From Octopus vulgaris (Eukaryota): 64,000 nucleotides of DNA. The position numbers and the translations under genes were made by a program. The stretch spans positions 4,712,001 to 4,776,000 of the forward strand of contig OX597833.1 in the NCBI GenBank assembly GCA_951406725.2. Direction: 5' to 3'. The notes beneath the pieces were generated by a model. The model was not told the origin of the DNA and made no database searches. It was given only the letters and a program-made list of their open reading frames with translations. Of the stretch, positions 52,360 to 64,000 are shown in pieces. Within the stretch, counting starts at the first letter, position 1. Each line of letters opens with the position of its first letter.

Positions 52360-52739
52360 CTGCAAAAGAGTGAAATAATAATAATAATAATAATAATAAT
52401 AATCCAGCATTAGAAGCTGTGCAAAGACAATATAATAATAACAATAAAAATAATAATAATAATAATAATTATGATGATGATGATTTCAAATTTTTGTCAC
52501 AAGGGCAGCTTGGGGGGAGGGGATTAAGTGGATTGCACTGACCCCAGTGTTTCAGTGGTACTTAATTTATCAACCCCAAAAGAATGAAAGGCAAAATCGA
52601 CCTCGGTGGAATTTGAACTCAGAATGCAGCTAAGGATTCTGCCAGCTCATCACCTTTCCTGATAATAATAATATTAACGATTTCATTTATATGCCACAAG
52701 GGCAAAGGATGAAGGGGACAAAACAAAGACAGACATAAA

Positions 52740-54930
52740 GTGTGGGGGTTTTACAGGTAGTGAAAAAGAAAAAAGATAAAAGTATACATGGCATACATTA
52801 AAAGAAGGGAATTATAGAATGTGGCACTAGAAGAAAAAAAAAGAAGAAAAAAGTGATAGTGATGGGGTCCTCCTGATATAGGCGGACCTCTAGGGAGGGT
52901 TGAGGAACCCCACCATCCAAGATCACCTTGGATACCAAGGATGAGTGCCCTCTCCAAATCTCTTTCTTCCGACTCACAGGTCTACTCTGAGAGTGGTACC
53001 ATTCACTCTTGCCATTTTCACAACCTTCACTCAAGGACAGCACCTCCCTCTCCACCTTCACTTTATTATCCGAGTGAAACTTGAAAAAGTCAATGAGGAA
53101 TGTTTCTGTCCTCATTCCTTCTAACCTCATCCACCAGAGACACCCTGTTTTGCCAGAGCCACCCTGTTCATCACCTCTTCCCAATTCTTGTCCACCTGAA
53201 GGTCGGGACTGAACCAGACCCCGATCAGTTTAACAGGTCCATCAGCCCAACGTCCGCTGCTGCTGTCCAACAGCATTGATCTGCCTCTCCAGGTACCCAG
53301 TTGCAATTCCACCAACTTGTCAGCGTTGATTTTGGCTTCTGCAATCGACTCATACTCCCTTACAATGGAGTTGACCATCTCCACATCAGAGGCATCCCAA
53401 TACCATGATGGTGACATCATCTGTGTATGCCGACACTGCTCTCCTGAGTCCAATTTTGAAAGTGAGACCTTTTAACTGTTCCAAGTTCTGCAGCAGTAAC
53501 TTGAGAGCCAACGCATACAGAAGAGGTGACAGCAGGCAGCTTTGACGTACTTAACATGCAATACTAAACGGTTCTGATAGGTGGCCATTTACTTTGACCA
53601 CCGAACAGGTGCCACTGTCCATTGCAGCAATCCAGCCTCTGAAAATGGGTCGGAAATCGGCCGCTTTTAAGACAGTTTCCAAGTAGCAATGGTTGACTAT
53701 CAAAAGCTTTCAACTATCTAAATTGATGAGGGCCCCATCAAAGCTAGCTTTAGTTATTGCCCTCTCTACAATTTATTGCATTAAGGTGGAGGCTGTCATG
53801 GATGGACCTGCTTGGGATAGCAGCACATTTGTGCCTCCCTGGCCAGCGACAAGTGCAAACTTTTGTGCTAACACCTTGACCAGAATCGTAAACTGTGTTT
53901 AGCAGAGTTATGGCCTGAAAATTCCCTAGCATGTCCCCATTGCTGGCATCCTTTCTCAGCAGCGTTAAACACCTTGGCTAACAGCACTAGGAATTCTCCC
54001 ATTCTGCTGCCAGTTATTGCAGACATCTGCCAAGAAGCTACCAAACAAATCTGACACAAATAAACCGGGCAGTTTGCAACTTGTGCAATTGCTCATCGCC
54101 CCCCGTATTTTAGTGGCTGTAATCAGCTTTATGCAGAACCTCATATCCATTACCAAGAGCCGTGGTAGGTTGTCCAGGTACGAAGTAAACTCTGCTACTG
54201 TTGCCAATTCATCACCCTCTCTAAAAATCCATGCAAAGTGCTGCTGAAAAGCCACACATATCTGCTCCAAACCAAGTAGCACATACCTGTCCTGATCCAT
54301 CAAAGACTTTGTGCTTTTGTTTTCAGGTTGCATCACTACCATTCAGGCCCATTGGATGGCTTCAGATCCTTCGAGTTTTAGTGCACAGGCCTTAGCTCTG
54401 ACAATGCACCCTTCATGTTTCACCTCAAAGAAATGGTCAAGGGCTATTCTCACTGCTAACACATCAATTGCGATGCCTTTACTAATAATCTCTTCCAGTT
54501 TGCTAACAAGTTCTCCCTCTAATCTATTTCTCTCTGTTGCTAATTCTTTGCTAAACGCTATCAATTCTACTCAAATTGCTCTCTTCAGAGCAATCTACCA
54601 CCAGTTGTTGATGATTGCCCGTCAACCACCACTTAACTATTTCACTAATCCAGTCTCTGTAGTCTTTGTAAGCCGGTAAGGACGCATTCAACTTCCAGTA
54701 ACTGGGTCTCTGTCTATGGGTCCTATCTAAACCAACTGTGCGTATCACAAATTTGTGATCTGAGTAGCTGACCAATTTAAATTGTGAAGAACCAATGCTA
54801 TTCCTATCCTCTGACCGTACAAATATTTTATCTTAATATGATCTGGATGACCCATTGTGGTTGCTCCTTGTCCACATTGGCGCATCTGGGAAATCCAGTC
54901 AGTACCTGTCAGAAAGCTGGAAAGTCCAAA
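52740..54930 (-). pseudogene. Degenerate L1/Tx1-like LINE ORF2 (end of endonuclease plus reverse transcriptase)
   Basis: Fragmented frames give SDHK, SYWKLNASL, ITLLNTVY, LINLD..KAFD, LSPLLYALAL, SAYTDDVT and EAKIN, with many stops and frameshifts. Confidence 0.85.
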
Positions 54931-55129
54931 GAAGGAACTTTGGATGTAGGTTAGAAACCAGTTCTTTCTTTATTGGCAAAAAATCTTGAAAAACTGAATG
55001 ACAGACATACATATAGTGAAGCTTCATGTAGCGAACATGTGCATCAGAATAGGGTGTAGCAAACGTGTGTAGTGGTGCTTAATGTAGTGCCCATGGGCAA
55101 GGGAGCTGAATGTGGTGAATACGAACAGC

Positions 55130-55220
55130 TGAGCTGGGTGTAGTGACCATGTGCATTTGAGCTGGGTGTAGTGACCATGTGCATTTGAGCTGGGTGTAGT
55201 GACCATGTGCATTTGAGCTT
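55130..55220. repeat. 28-bp tandem repeat, three copies
   Basis: gagctgggtgtagtgaccatgtgcattt. Confidence 0.9.
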
Positions 55221-56126
55221 GATTCTGTGAACATGGGTAGCATAGCTGAATGTAATGACTTTTTGTGAATGCAGATAACTTCCTGATGTTATTTAACAAT
55301 TAGTTGTAGTGGCAGGAGGAGGAGATAATGATGACTAACAACAACAACAACAGACTGGATAAACATGTTGCAGCACAAATCATTTCATCCAAGTGTCATC
55401 TCCGGTTTATGTGACAGTTTTCTTTTGTCCTACTTAGAACCACTGCAACACGTTCGTAAAATCACACGCAAGCTCACCTACGCCCTCACCTACACAGTCC
55501 CCTTCTTGCAACCAAAATATAGATCACATAACCCCTGCTCCTTCTCTCCCATTTCAGTTTCATATCACGATTTTAAGTATCCTCAATGAAACTCACGATT
55601 AGCATTAACACTAAAAACATTCACACAATCTCATTGTTCTCAATTTAAAGAACACTCAGACCACTCTGAAGTACTCTAAAGTACACGCATCCACACACAA
55701 TCCTATTTAAGGTACATTTATACCATCATATAACACCCCCACTTAAAAGTGCATACTGACATATAGATACATATGTTCCCCAAACTGTGCCCAGTTAAAG
55801 AATATTCTTTCCACTCCCTTGTTTTTTTATTTAAATTCTATTTACACCACATCATGTCTTTCCTTCCATTATCTCCGACTGAAATCTTAATTGATACCAT
55901 CCCTGTTTCCAATTTGGAGCAAACACATAACAGCATTCGTCTGTTTCCAATTCAAAGCATACTCTTACCACTTCCTCTATTCCCAGTTAAAAATATGTCT
56001 GTGTGTACATGCAATATATATCTATATACACATATATATATATATATATATTACAATTAATAAGAGGAATGACTACTAAAGTGGATTCCTATACACTAGA
56101 GAGAGACATCAAATTGCCTTCCCACA

Positions 56127-56175
<49 letters not shown>

Positions 56176-56187
56176 TACATACATACA

Positions 56188-56490
56188 TACAAGGGGGAGA
56201 GTCAAAAAGTAATGCCATTTTGTTTAGGACAGGTGTAATTTCCAACACAGGATCAGGTATCATACATCAAAACGAAGCTGGTCCTCTGTGGATCACATCC
56301 CTACTTCTCAACAGTCACCGTTTCTCTCAATAGCAATGTTCCACCTTCGAATGAGAGCATGTATCCCTGCCCCGTAAAATTCTGTTGACAGTTCTTTGAG
56401 CCACTTCTTCACTACAGTTTTCACTTCCTCACCACTGGAATAATGGTTGCCTCTCAAATCCTCTTTCATGGGGCCGAAGAGATGATAGTC
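56188..56490 (-). mobile_element. Mariner transposon 3' fragment with terminal repeat
   Basis: DYHLFGPMKEDLRGNHYSSGEEVKTVVKKWL...FYGAGIHALIRRWNIAIERNGD; TA|caagggg.gagtcaaaaagt terminus. Confidence 0.88.
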
Positions 56491-56607
56491 CAGTGACGAG
56501 GAAGTGAAAACTGTAGTGAAGAAATTTGGTAGATTTTAATTCAAAACTTATGAAAACAAGACACTTGTACTCAGCCAGGTTGGTAACAAAAGGATTAAAT
56601 ATCTATC

Positions 56608-56900
56608 GGTGTGTCCTTGTCCTTGTAGCGACATTCACCCTGGGCGGGTTGAGTCAGCTTCTTCTACCACTCTTGAGGCATCTTGAACCATGGCAGCTGA
56701 CGCATGACAGTCCTGCGCCAGTTCACTGGAGATAGCAAGCCAGTCACGGTTCCATCGGCGCAGGCCGACCACCCGCGGTCCCGTGAGCACGGAGAGGTTC
56801 TCCTTGATCATCGCAACCCAGGTCCTCAGCTGCCCGCCCGCGCGTTTCTGCCAGTTGGGAAGTGGAGTTGGGAGAAGGACATCATGGCTCAGTTCACCCA
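56608..56900 (-). mobile_element. RTE-clade LINE 3' end (related 3' end on the plus strand near 47040-47465)
   Basis: WQKRAGGQLRTW...ELAQD...STRPG*; terminus gaagctgactcaacccgcccagggtgaatg matches 47414-47465. Confidence 0.7.
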
Positions 56901-59900
56901 CTGTGTGTGTGTGAGTATACACACACATACATATTACATGAAAGGTAATATAGATGTACGACTGCCACCGATACATTTAAAGCTCTATGTAGATTACAAT
57001 CGTATAGTCTGCTTCCTGTATGAGTTATTACATAACTTCTATACTGAGTAGCGTCACTACATATCAACTACAATGCGAATGTAGGAAAAATAAGGATAGA
57101 CACAAGTTTATCTTAAACTTGTGCTCATCCTTATTTCTAATGTATTAAACACACACACACCCAAACGAACATATAAGAAGCTTCTTTCAGTTTCCGTTTA
57201 CCAAACCCACTCACAAAGCTTCAGTCAGCCTGGAGCTATAGTAGAAGACATTTGTCCAAGTTGCCATGCTCAATACCTACAAGATTATTATAATAATTCA
57301 TACTATTAATAATCTCCAAATTCTACGAGGGGAGTTGTTTTCTGTTATTTCTCTATGAAATTAACATGAAACTTCCAAGACATTTGAGCAGGATCGAGGG
57401 GTTGAGGAAACAAGCTGTCAAACCGTTCTCAAAGACATTAGAAATGTAAAATGAATAATAAATATCAGAAGAGAGTATTGTAGTTCGCTTGAAGCCTTGT
57501 GTATTGTTTGGAAAGAATGAAATGTTTTGAATGGTACAACAATGTACTAAAATAAAGACAATGGGCTATATACCTGTTGGATTTAACCAGTAAGGCGACG
57601 CTGGTAACAATCACGCATGAATGGTGCCCTTTTAAATGCCACCGGCATGGAGACAGTTGGCTGCTCTGGCAACGATCATGCTCAGATGGTGCTCTTGGCA
57701 CCCTACTAGCATGGGCACAAGTGCCAGTAAGGCAACGCTGGTAACGATCACGCTCGAATGGTGCCCTTTTACGTGCCACTGGCACGGAAGCCAGTTGGCT
57801 GCTCTGGCGACGATCACGCTCGGATGGTGCTCTTGGCACCCTACTAGCATGGGCACAAGTGCCAGTAAGGCGACGCTGGTAATGATCACACTCGAATGGT
57901 GCACTTTTATGTGCCACTGGCACAGAAGCCGGTTAGCCGCTCTGTCAACAATCACCCTCATATGGTGCTCATTGCACCCCACCAGCACTGATGCCAGTCG
58001 TTGATTTTGATTTCACTTGCCTCAACAGGTCTTTGCAAACAGCGTTTAGTGTCCAAAGAAGGAAAAGGTACGCACAAGTGGGCTGGTTACGCTCCTGGCA
58101 TAGGCCACAGGTTATGGTCTCATTTGGCTTGCCGGGTCTTCTCAAGCACAGCATATTTCCAAAAGTCTGGGTCGCTAGTCATTTCCTTGTATCATTCAAA
58201 ACCTTTTATTCTTTATTAGAAGTTAAACTAGGATAGAAGAACAAATTCTTAGAAGTCTTACTTTCTTACAGTGCAATGGCCACCGGTTAAGGGGTCTGTC
58301 ACTATCCTAGAAGGCCCACATCTTCAATGTAACCCAAACCATATTGATGCTACTGGATTTTGTTTCCAGAGTTTTCGTGCACTTCCAAATATGGTATGCA
58401 GGTAATGCCACAACTGATTGCAAAGGTGTGTTCATTACAACCAATAAAAGACGATAATATAGAGGCACAGGCACGGCTGTGTGGCAAGGAAAAGCTTGCT
58501 TCCCAACCACATGGTTTCAGGTTCAGTCCCACTGCACGGCACCTTGAATAAGTGTCTTTTATTATAGCCACGGGCTGATCAAAGCTTTGTCAGTGGATTT
58601 GGTAAACGGAAACTGAAAGAAGCCCATTGTGTGTGTGTACTTGTGTGTTACTGTCTCTTCGCCTTGATTCTGCATGACAGTTGTAAATGAGGGTCACCAT
58701 CATACAATGTCTGAAAACAACAACCAACTAGATGGTCACATCTGGAACACCTTTGGTCATAAATCAGCTAGACATGACAACACAATAATCTTTGTACTGA
58801 GCAGGTCTTTTATAATAAAAGAAAGATTTTCTTTGCCATAATGTTTTAGTAAATGGCAGAGAGCCAAAGTCTGAAAAAGTGTACTAATTACTGCAATGAG
58901 ACTTAATTATACTAATTTGCAGTTTGGCCGTTTCTGACAAAGAATCTCTGTTTAATAATGGTCAATATAAATGTTGGTTGGTTGATTCTCCAGTCATGCT
59001 TTACATTGTTGAGAGAGAAGGGGAAAGAGAGTAAAAGAGAGATAGAGAAAGAAATAACATAAGAGGTGCAGAAGGATGACTGCACCTACTGGGCTTGGTG
59101 GCAGACAATGAGTGAAGGAAAGCTATACACACACACAGAGTCAGTGAAAGAGAAAGAATCATAGACAAAGGAAGATGGGGAGTAAATGACAGTAGTTAGG
59201 AGACAAATTAACACAAATTAGAAATTTCATCATCATCATTTAATGTACGCTTTCCATGGTAGCATGGGTTGGACGACTGACTGAGGGTTGACGAACCAGG
59301 AGGCTGCACTAGGCTTCAATCTTGATCTGGCAATGTTTCTACAGCTGGATGCCCTTCCTAATGCCAACCACTCCGAGAGTGTAGTGGGTGCTTTTACATG
59401 CCACCGGCACGGGTCCAGTCAGGCAGTACTGGCAATGACCTCGCTCGAATCTTTTACACATGCCACCGGCACAGGTAACGATCGTTTTATTTAATTATAT
59501 TTTAAGGTAACAAATATTTTTCTTTTAAAAATTAATATTCATTTCATTTTGTATAAGCACCAAATTATTTGATAAGAGTTAAATTATAAATATTGTATGC
59601 ATGCCATATTTCTTGACATTGGCCATAGTGGAAAAAGTATATGTTCAAAGTCACCCCATCATATGACCAATAATAACCGTGTGTGAGAGAGACTTAGTCT
59701 TGATATCATGCACTAACAGTAAACTAATTTTACTATCATACAAGTGGAGTCATTCATTAAAATATATCTGGTCATTGTGCTGTTTGAGTTGGAAGAACCA
59801 AGGGAATTGTTACTTTATTAGCAGACAACAGATGAAGGCTGGTAACGAGAACACTCAGCCATAGAAGACCAGGTTTGATGAATTTTGTGTGATTCATACG

Positions 59901-60822
59901 AGCACAGAAAAGTGGACATTAACTCTTTTGTTACCAACTTGGCTGAAACCGCCTCTGGCTCTGAGTACAAATGTCTTGTTTTCATAAGTTCCAAATTAAA
60001 ATCTTCCACCAAACCTTAGTCACAATTTATGTTCCTAACACTAGCTGAATGATAACGAAGTTATTTTACTAAATTCTTTGTTATATTTAAAATTAATTGG
60101 AAGAAACACAGAGCATCTTAAAATATGGTAACAAAGGGGTTAAAATATATAATAAGAAAAACCAACCCTTTTGATAACAATGGCTTAAAAGAATGATGAT
60201 GAAGATAGATTATTTGGAATTGCCTGATAACATCATCATAATGCTAAAATGAATGTTAATTTTCAAAAGAAAAAATATTTTTTACTTTAAAATGTTTTCA
60301 TTATTTAATCAAAAATATTAATGTTTGGGTGATTTCCAAATGTAAAGGTTAATAAACTAATTCATAAGTGCAACACAGATAAATCTACAGTTCTTTAGTT
60401 GAAAACCTTAACCATGATGATTGCAGATGATGTGAAGACATCCTATTGCTCTCTGGAGTAAATAGGAAAAAATAACTGGGAATCCTTTTAGAGACCTGAT
60501 AGGGGTGATTCTTCCCTCCTCTGATAAAATGAACCTTTATTCTTGGATTACCCAGTGAACTATTAGCTTAAATTTCTATAATGGCAGCTGGAAATGAGTA
60601 TTAGTGACAGACTGGCAATCCATACGGTGGGGAATAGTGTACCCACAATCATTTACATACCATGAAAAATGGACAAGCTCCAGCCCAATCAGCATTTTGG
60701 TAGGTGCAGGGTAGACATAATACCTAAGGGCTTAGTACTTAATTTTTGCAAGAGTGGTTAGATATTGTATCAAAGAGTAGAACAAAATTCTGAGAAATAG
60801 GAATGGAGAAATTACCATTGTA

Positions 60823-61306
60823 TTAACCCTTTCATTACCAACCCTGCTGGAACCGGCTCTGGCTCTGTAGTATTGTAGTCTTGTTTTCATAAGTTCTGAA
60901 TTAAAATCTTCCACCAAACCTTAGTCACAATTTATGTTCCTAACACTAGCTGAATGATAACTAAGTTATTTTACTAAATTCTTTGTTATATTTAAAGTGA
61001 ATTGAAAGAAACACAGAGCATCTCGACAGAAATACGGTAACAAAAGGATTAAAATATATAATAGAGAAACGATTCTTAACCCTTTTCTTACCAACCCTGC
61101 TGATACCGGCTCTGGCTCTGTAGTACAAATGTCTTGTTTTCAAAAGTTCTGAATCAAAATCTTCCACCAAACCTTAAGTCACAATTTATGTTCCTAACAC
61201 TAGCTGAATGATAACTAAGTTATTTTACTAAATTCTTTGTTATATTTAAAATTAATTGAAAGAAACACAGAGCATCTCAACAGAAATATGGTAACAAAAG
61301 GGTTAA
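60823..61306. mobile_element. Two tandem piggyBac-type MITEs (other copies at 13130-13575 and 59919-60142)
   Basis: About 225-bp units bounded by TTAA|CCCTTT ... AAAGGG|TTAA. Confidence 0.75.
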
Positions 61307-61603
61307 TGCCTATGTGGTGAAATACAGTGGTTGTTAGGGATAAAAGTGATTACCATGGGGCACACTAGTTACTATGGGACCCATCAGTTAGTGTGGGGTA
61401 TATTTGGTTAGCATGTCACTATAAAGTGACAATCACAGGGCACTATGTCAATGAACAAATTGGTTAACCCTTTTAATACCAACCTGCCTGAAACTGCCCC
61501 TTGTTCTATGATATGGACAGCTTGTTAAAGTAATCTAGCTGGCTATACGACACGATCTGGGTCCTTATATTTTCAAACAAGGGAATCTAGCACCCCCACT
61601 CAT

Positions 61604-61648
61604 TCTGTGCTGATGAAGGGAAATAACCCAGAAATTGCGATACACAGA
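61604..61648 (+). ncRNA. Hammerhead-like motif, third copy of the 38894 family
   Basis: tctgtg-CTGATGA-aggg(aaataa)ccca-GAAA-ttgcga-TA-cacaga inside a foldback copy at about 61537-61812. Confidence 0.55.
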
Positions 61649-63539
61649 TATTGTTTTGAGCTGAGTGGGGGTGCTATATTTCCTTGTTCGAAAATATAAG
61701 GACACAGATAAAGTCGCAGAGCCAGCTGGAGACGATGTTTCCTGGGGCTAAATTACAGCAACATTCGTCCTAAACCGGGACTGCCATGTTATGTTGGCAA
61801 ACAATCTTTACTCCATAATGAATTTGTATAACTCAGACAGCACAGTTAAACTGCGAGTAGGGGGCTTTTAGAGTGAACTGGGTCCACAACAGTGTAAGAA
61901 ACTAATATTGGTTCCAGACTTTGGCTCCAGACTAAAGTCTATCTTTTTGCCTCTCTACTTACCTATATAATCTGGCTCTCATCATCATCATCATTTAACG
62001 TCTGTTTTCCATGCTGGCATGGGTCAGATGGTTTGACAGGAGGTGACCAACTAAAGGGCTGCTCAGGCCTCATCCCCGTTTTGGCATGGTTTTATGGCTG
62101 CCCTTCCTCACGCCAGAGTGACACTGGTTGCTTTTACACAGCACAAGCACAGGTGCTTTTTATGTGGCACCAGCACTTACCGACCTGCAAGAAAGCTGGC
62201 ATGGGTCAGATGAGTATACTGAGGGAAGACTTTTCTACAACCATAGGCCCTTCCTGATACCATCCTCCCACCTGTTTCCAGGTGAGTTAATAATCTCCCA
62301 GATTATCAAAGAACAAACACCAGAGTCACGGTTATTTGAAGAACTTGAAACTAATAATACCGACAGAGGGAGCCTTTCGTTTATAAAGTCCAAGCAGCAT
62401 TTTTTAAAGCTTGGACATGCTGTTGCGATGGAGCTGCAAGGAAGCAAAACTGTTTGTGAGGTCACAGCTTACAACTTGTGACCATATATGAAGGTGAGAA
62501 GAAATGCACACTCACTCACACAAACACATGTGCACATACTTTATACGCACTTTCTGACAAGTTGTGGTGCACCTGAGCACTGTATACAATAATTTCATTA
62601 TTATTATACTATATACGCGCACACACAAACATATGCATACCATGGGTATGTGAACTTCTGTGCAAATGATACTGGCTGTGTAGTAAGATGCTTGCTTTGA
62701 ATCACAAGGTTCTGGGTTCAGTCCCACAGCATGGCACCTCGGGCAAGTGTCTTCTATTATAACCACGGGCCGACCAAAGCCTTGTGAGTGAATTTGGTAG
62801 ACGGACATTGAAACAAAGCCCATTGTAAGTATGAATGTATGTGTGTGTGTGTGTGTGTGTGCATCCCATCACTGCTTAACACTTGGTGTTGGTGTGTTTA
62901 CATCCTTGTAACTTAGCAGTTCAGAAAAAGAGACTGATGGAATTAGTACTAAGTCTTAAAAAATAAATCCTGAGGTTGACTTGTTTGACTAAAACCCTGA
63001 AAGGCGGTGCTCCAGCATGGCCACAGTCAAGGAATAAGGGTGGGTATATCAATAGATACATACACATACATTTTTTTATTCGTTTCAGTCATTTGACTGC
63101 GGCCATGCTGGAGCACTGCCTTTAGTCAAACAAATCTACCCCAGGACTTATTCTTTGCTGAACTAAGTTACGGGGACATAAACACACCAGCATCAATTGT
63201 GAAGTGATGTTGGGGGGACAAACACAGACACACATATATATATACGATGGGCTTCTTTCAGTTCCTGTCTACCAGATCCACTCACAAGGCTTTGCTCAAC
63301 CTGAGGCTATAGAAGACACTTGCCCAAATGCCACACAGTGGGACTGAACCCAGAACCATGTGGTCGGTAAGCAAGCTACTTACCACACAGCCACTCCTCC
63401 GCCTATACATACATACATATATATATTTATTAATAATTAAGGGTACTACAAGCAGTACCAGCATGCTAAAATAGCAGTCAAAATGACTCAGACCACAAGT
63501 TTTCACTTAAACACAAAAGTGAAGGTCGGTAGATGAGCC

Positions 63540-63742
63540 AAATCCTTAAGACTCTGTACCAACGACAAAAATAATCGGAAATTGGAAAAGTCAGACATAC
63601 CTGTATCACTGTGATTTCAAACTTTGACAAAATACCATTAGTTCATCCCAAGAGTATTGTGTCCAAGTTTGAAATCACAGTGATACAGGTATGTCTGACT
63701 TTTTCAACTATTTTTGTCATTGGTATGGAGTCTTAAGGATTT
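63540..63742. repeat. Imperfect palindrome (foldback/MITE)
   Basis: aaatccttaagactc...tcactgtgatttcaaactt and aagtttgaaatcacagtga...gagtcttaaggattt. Confidence 0.8.
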
Positions 63743-63747
63743 GTCAA

Positions 63748-64000
63748 GGTGGTGAGCTGGCAGAAACGTTAGCATGCCAGGTGAAATGCTTAGCAGTTTT
63801 TCGTCTGCCGTTACATTCTGAGTTCAAATTCCGCCGAGGTCGACTTTGCCTTTCATCCTTTCGGGGTCGAAAAATTAAGTACCAGTTACGCATTGGGGTC
63901 GATGTAATCGACTTAATCCGTTTGTGTGTCCTTGTTTGTTCCCTCTGTGTTTAGTCCCTTGTGGGTAGTAAAGAAATAGGTATTTCACCTATCGCTATAT
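63748..64000 (+). mobile_element. SINE family A (runs off the window)
   Basis: Head and body match. Confidence 0.8.

Noticed and set aside
60661-60723. 63-nt AG/GT-bounded minus-strand segment as the missing first WASP exon
   Set aside because: Translation (VLCLPCTYQNADWAGACPFFM) has no similarity to WASP N-termini, and the pyrimidine tract is poor

Overview
AT-rich, repeat-dense eukaryotic genomic DNA. The SINE and microsatellite landscape looks like a coleoid cephalopod (Octopus-like); this is an inference. The window holds ten coding exons of a minus-strand N-WASP/WASP gene (52359 down to 10561), encoding WH1, basic region, CRIB/GBD, proline-rich region, two WH2, C and acidic domains. All splice phases are consistent and give 478 aa; the first exon was not found and probably lies beyond base 64000. 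Introns are filled with SINEs, piggyBac-type MITEs and LINE/mariner relics. Three unexplained signals stand out. (1) A 435-codon Tyr/His/Gln/Asn/Ser/Asp-rich ORF inside a WH1-domain intron ends exactly at a phase-0 GT donor, which suggests an alternative first exon replacing half of WH1 with a prion-like domain. (2) Several families of foldback elements carry minimal type-I hammerhead ribozyme motifs, including a palindrome with one hammerhead on each strand showing compensatory changes, and one motif in the probable WASP 3' UTR. (3) There is a candidate 9-nt microexon upstream of the proline-rich exon. Repeat boundaries were read by eye and are approximate.
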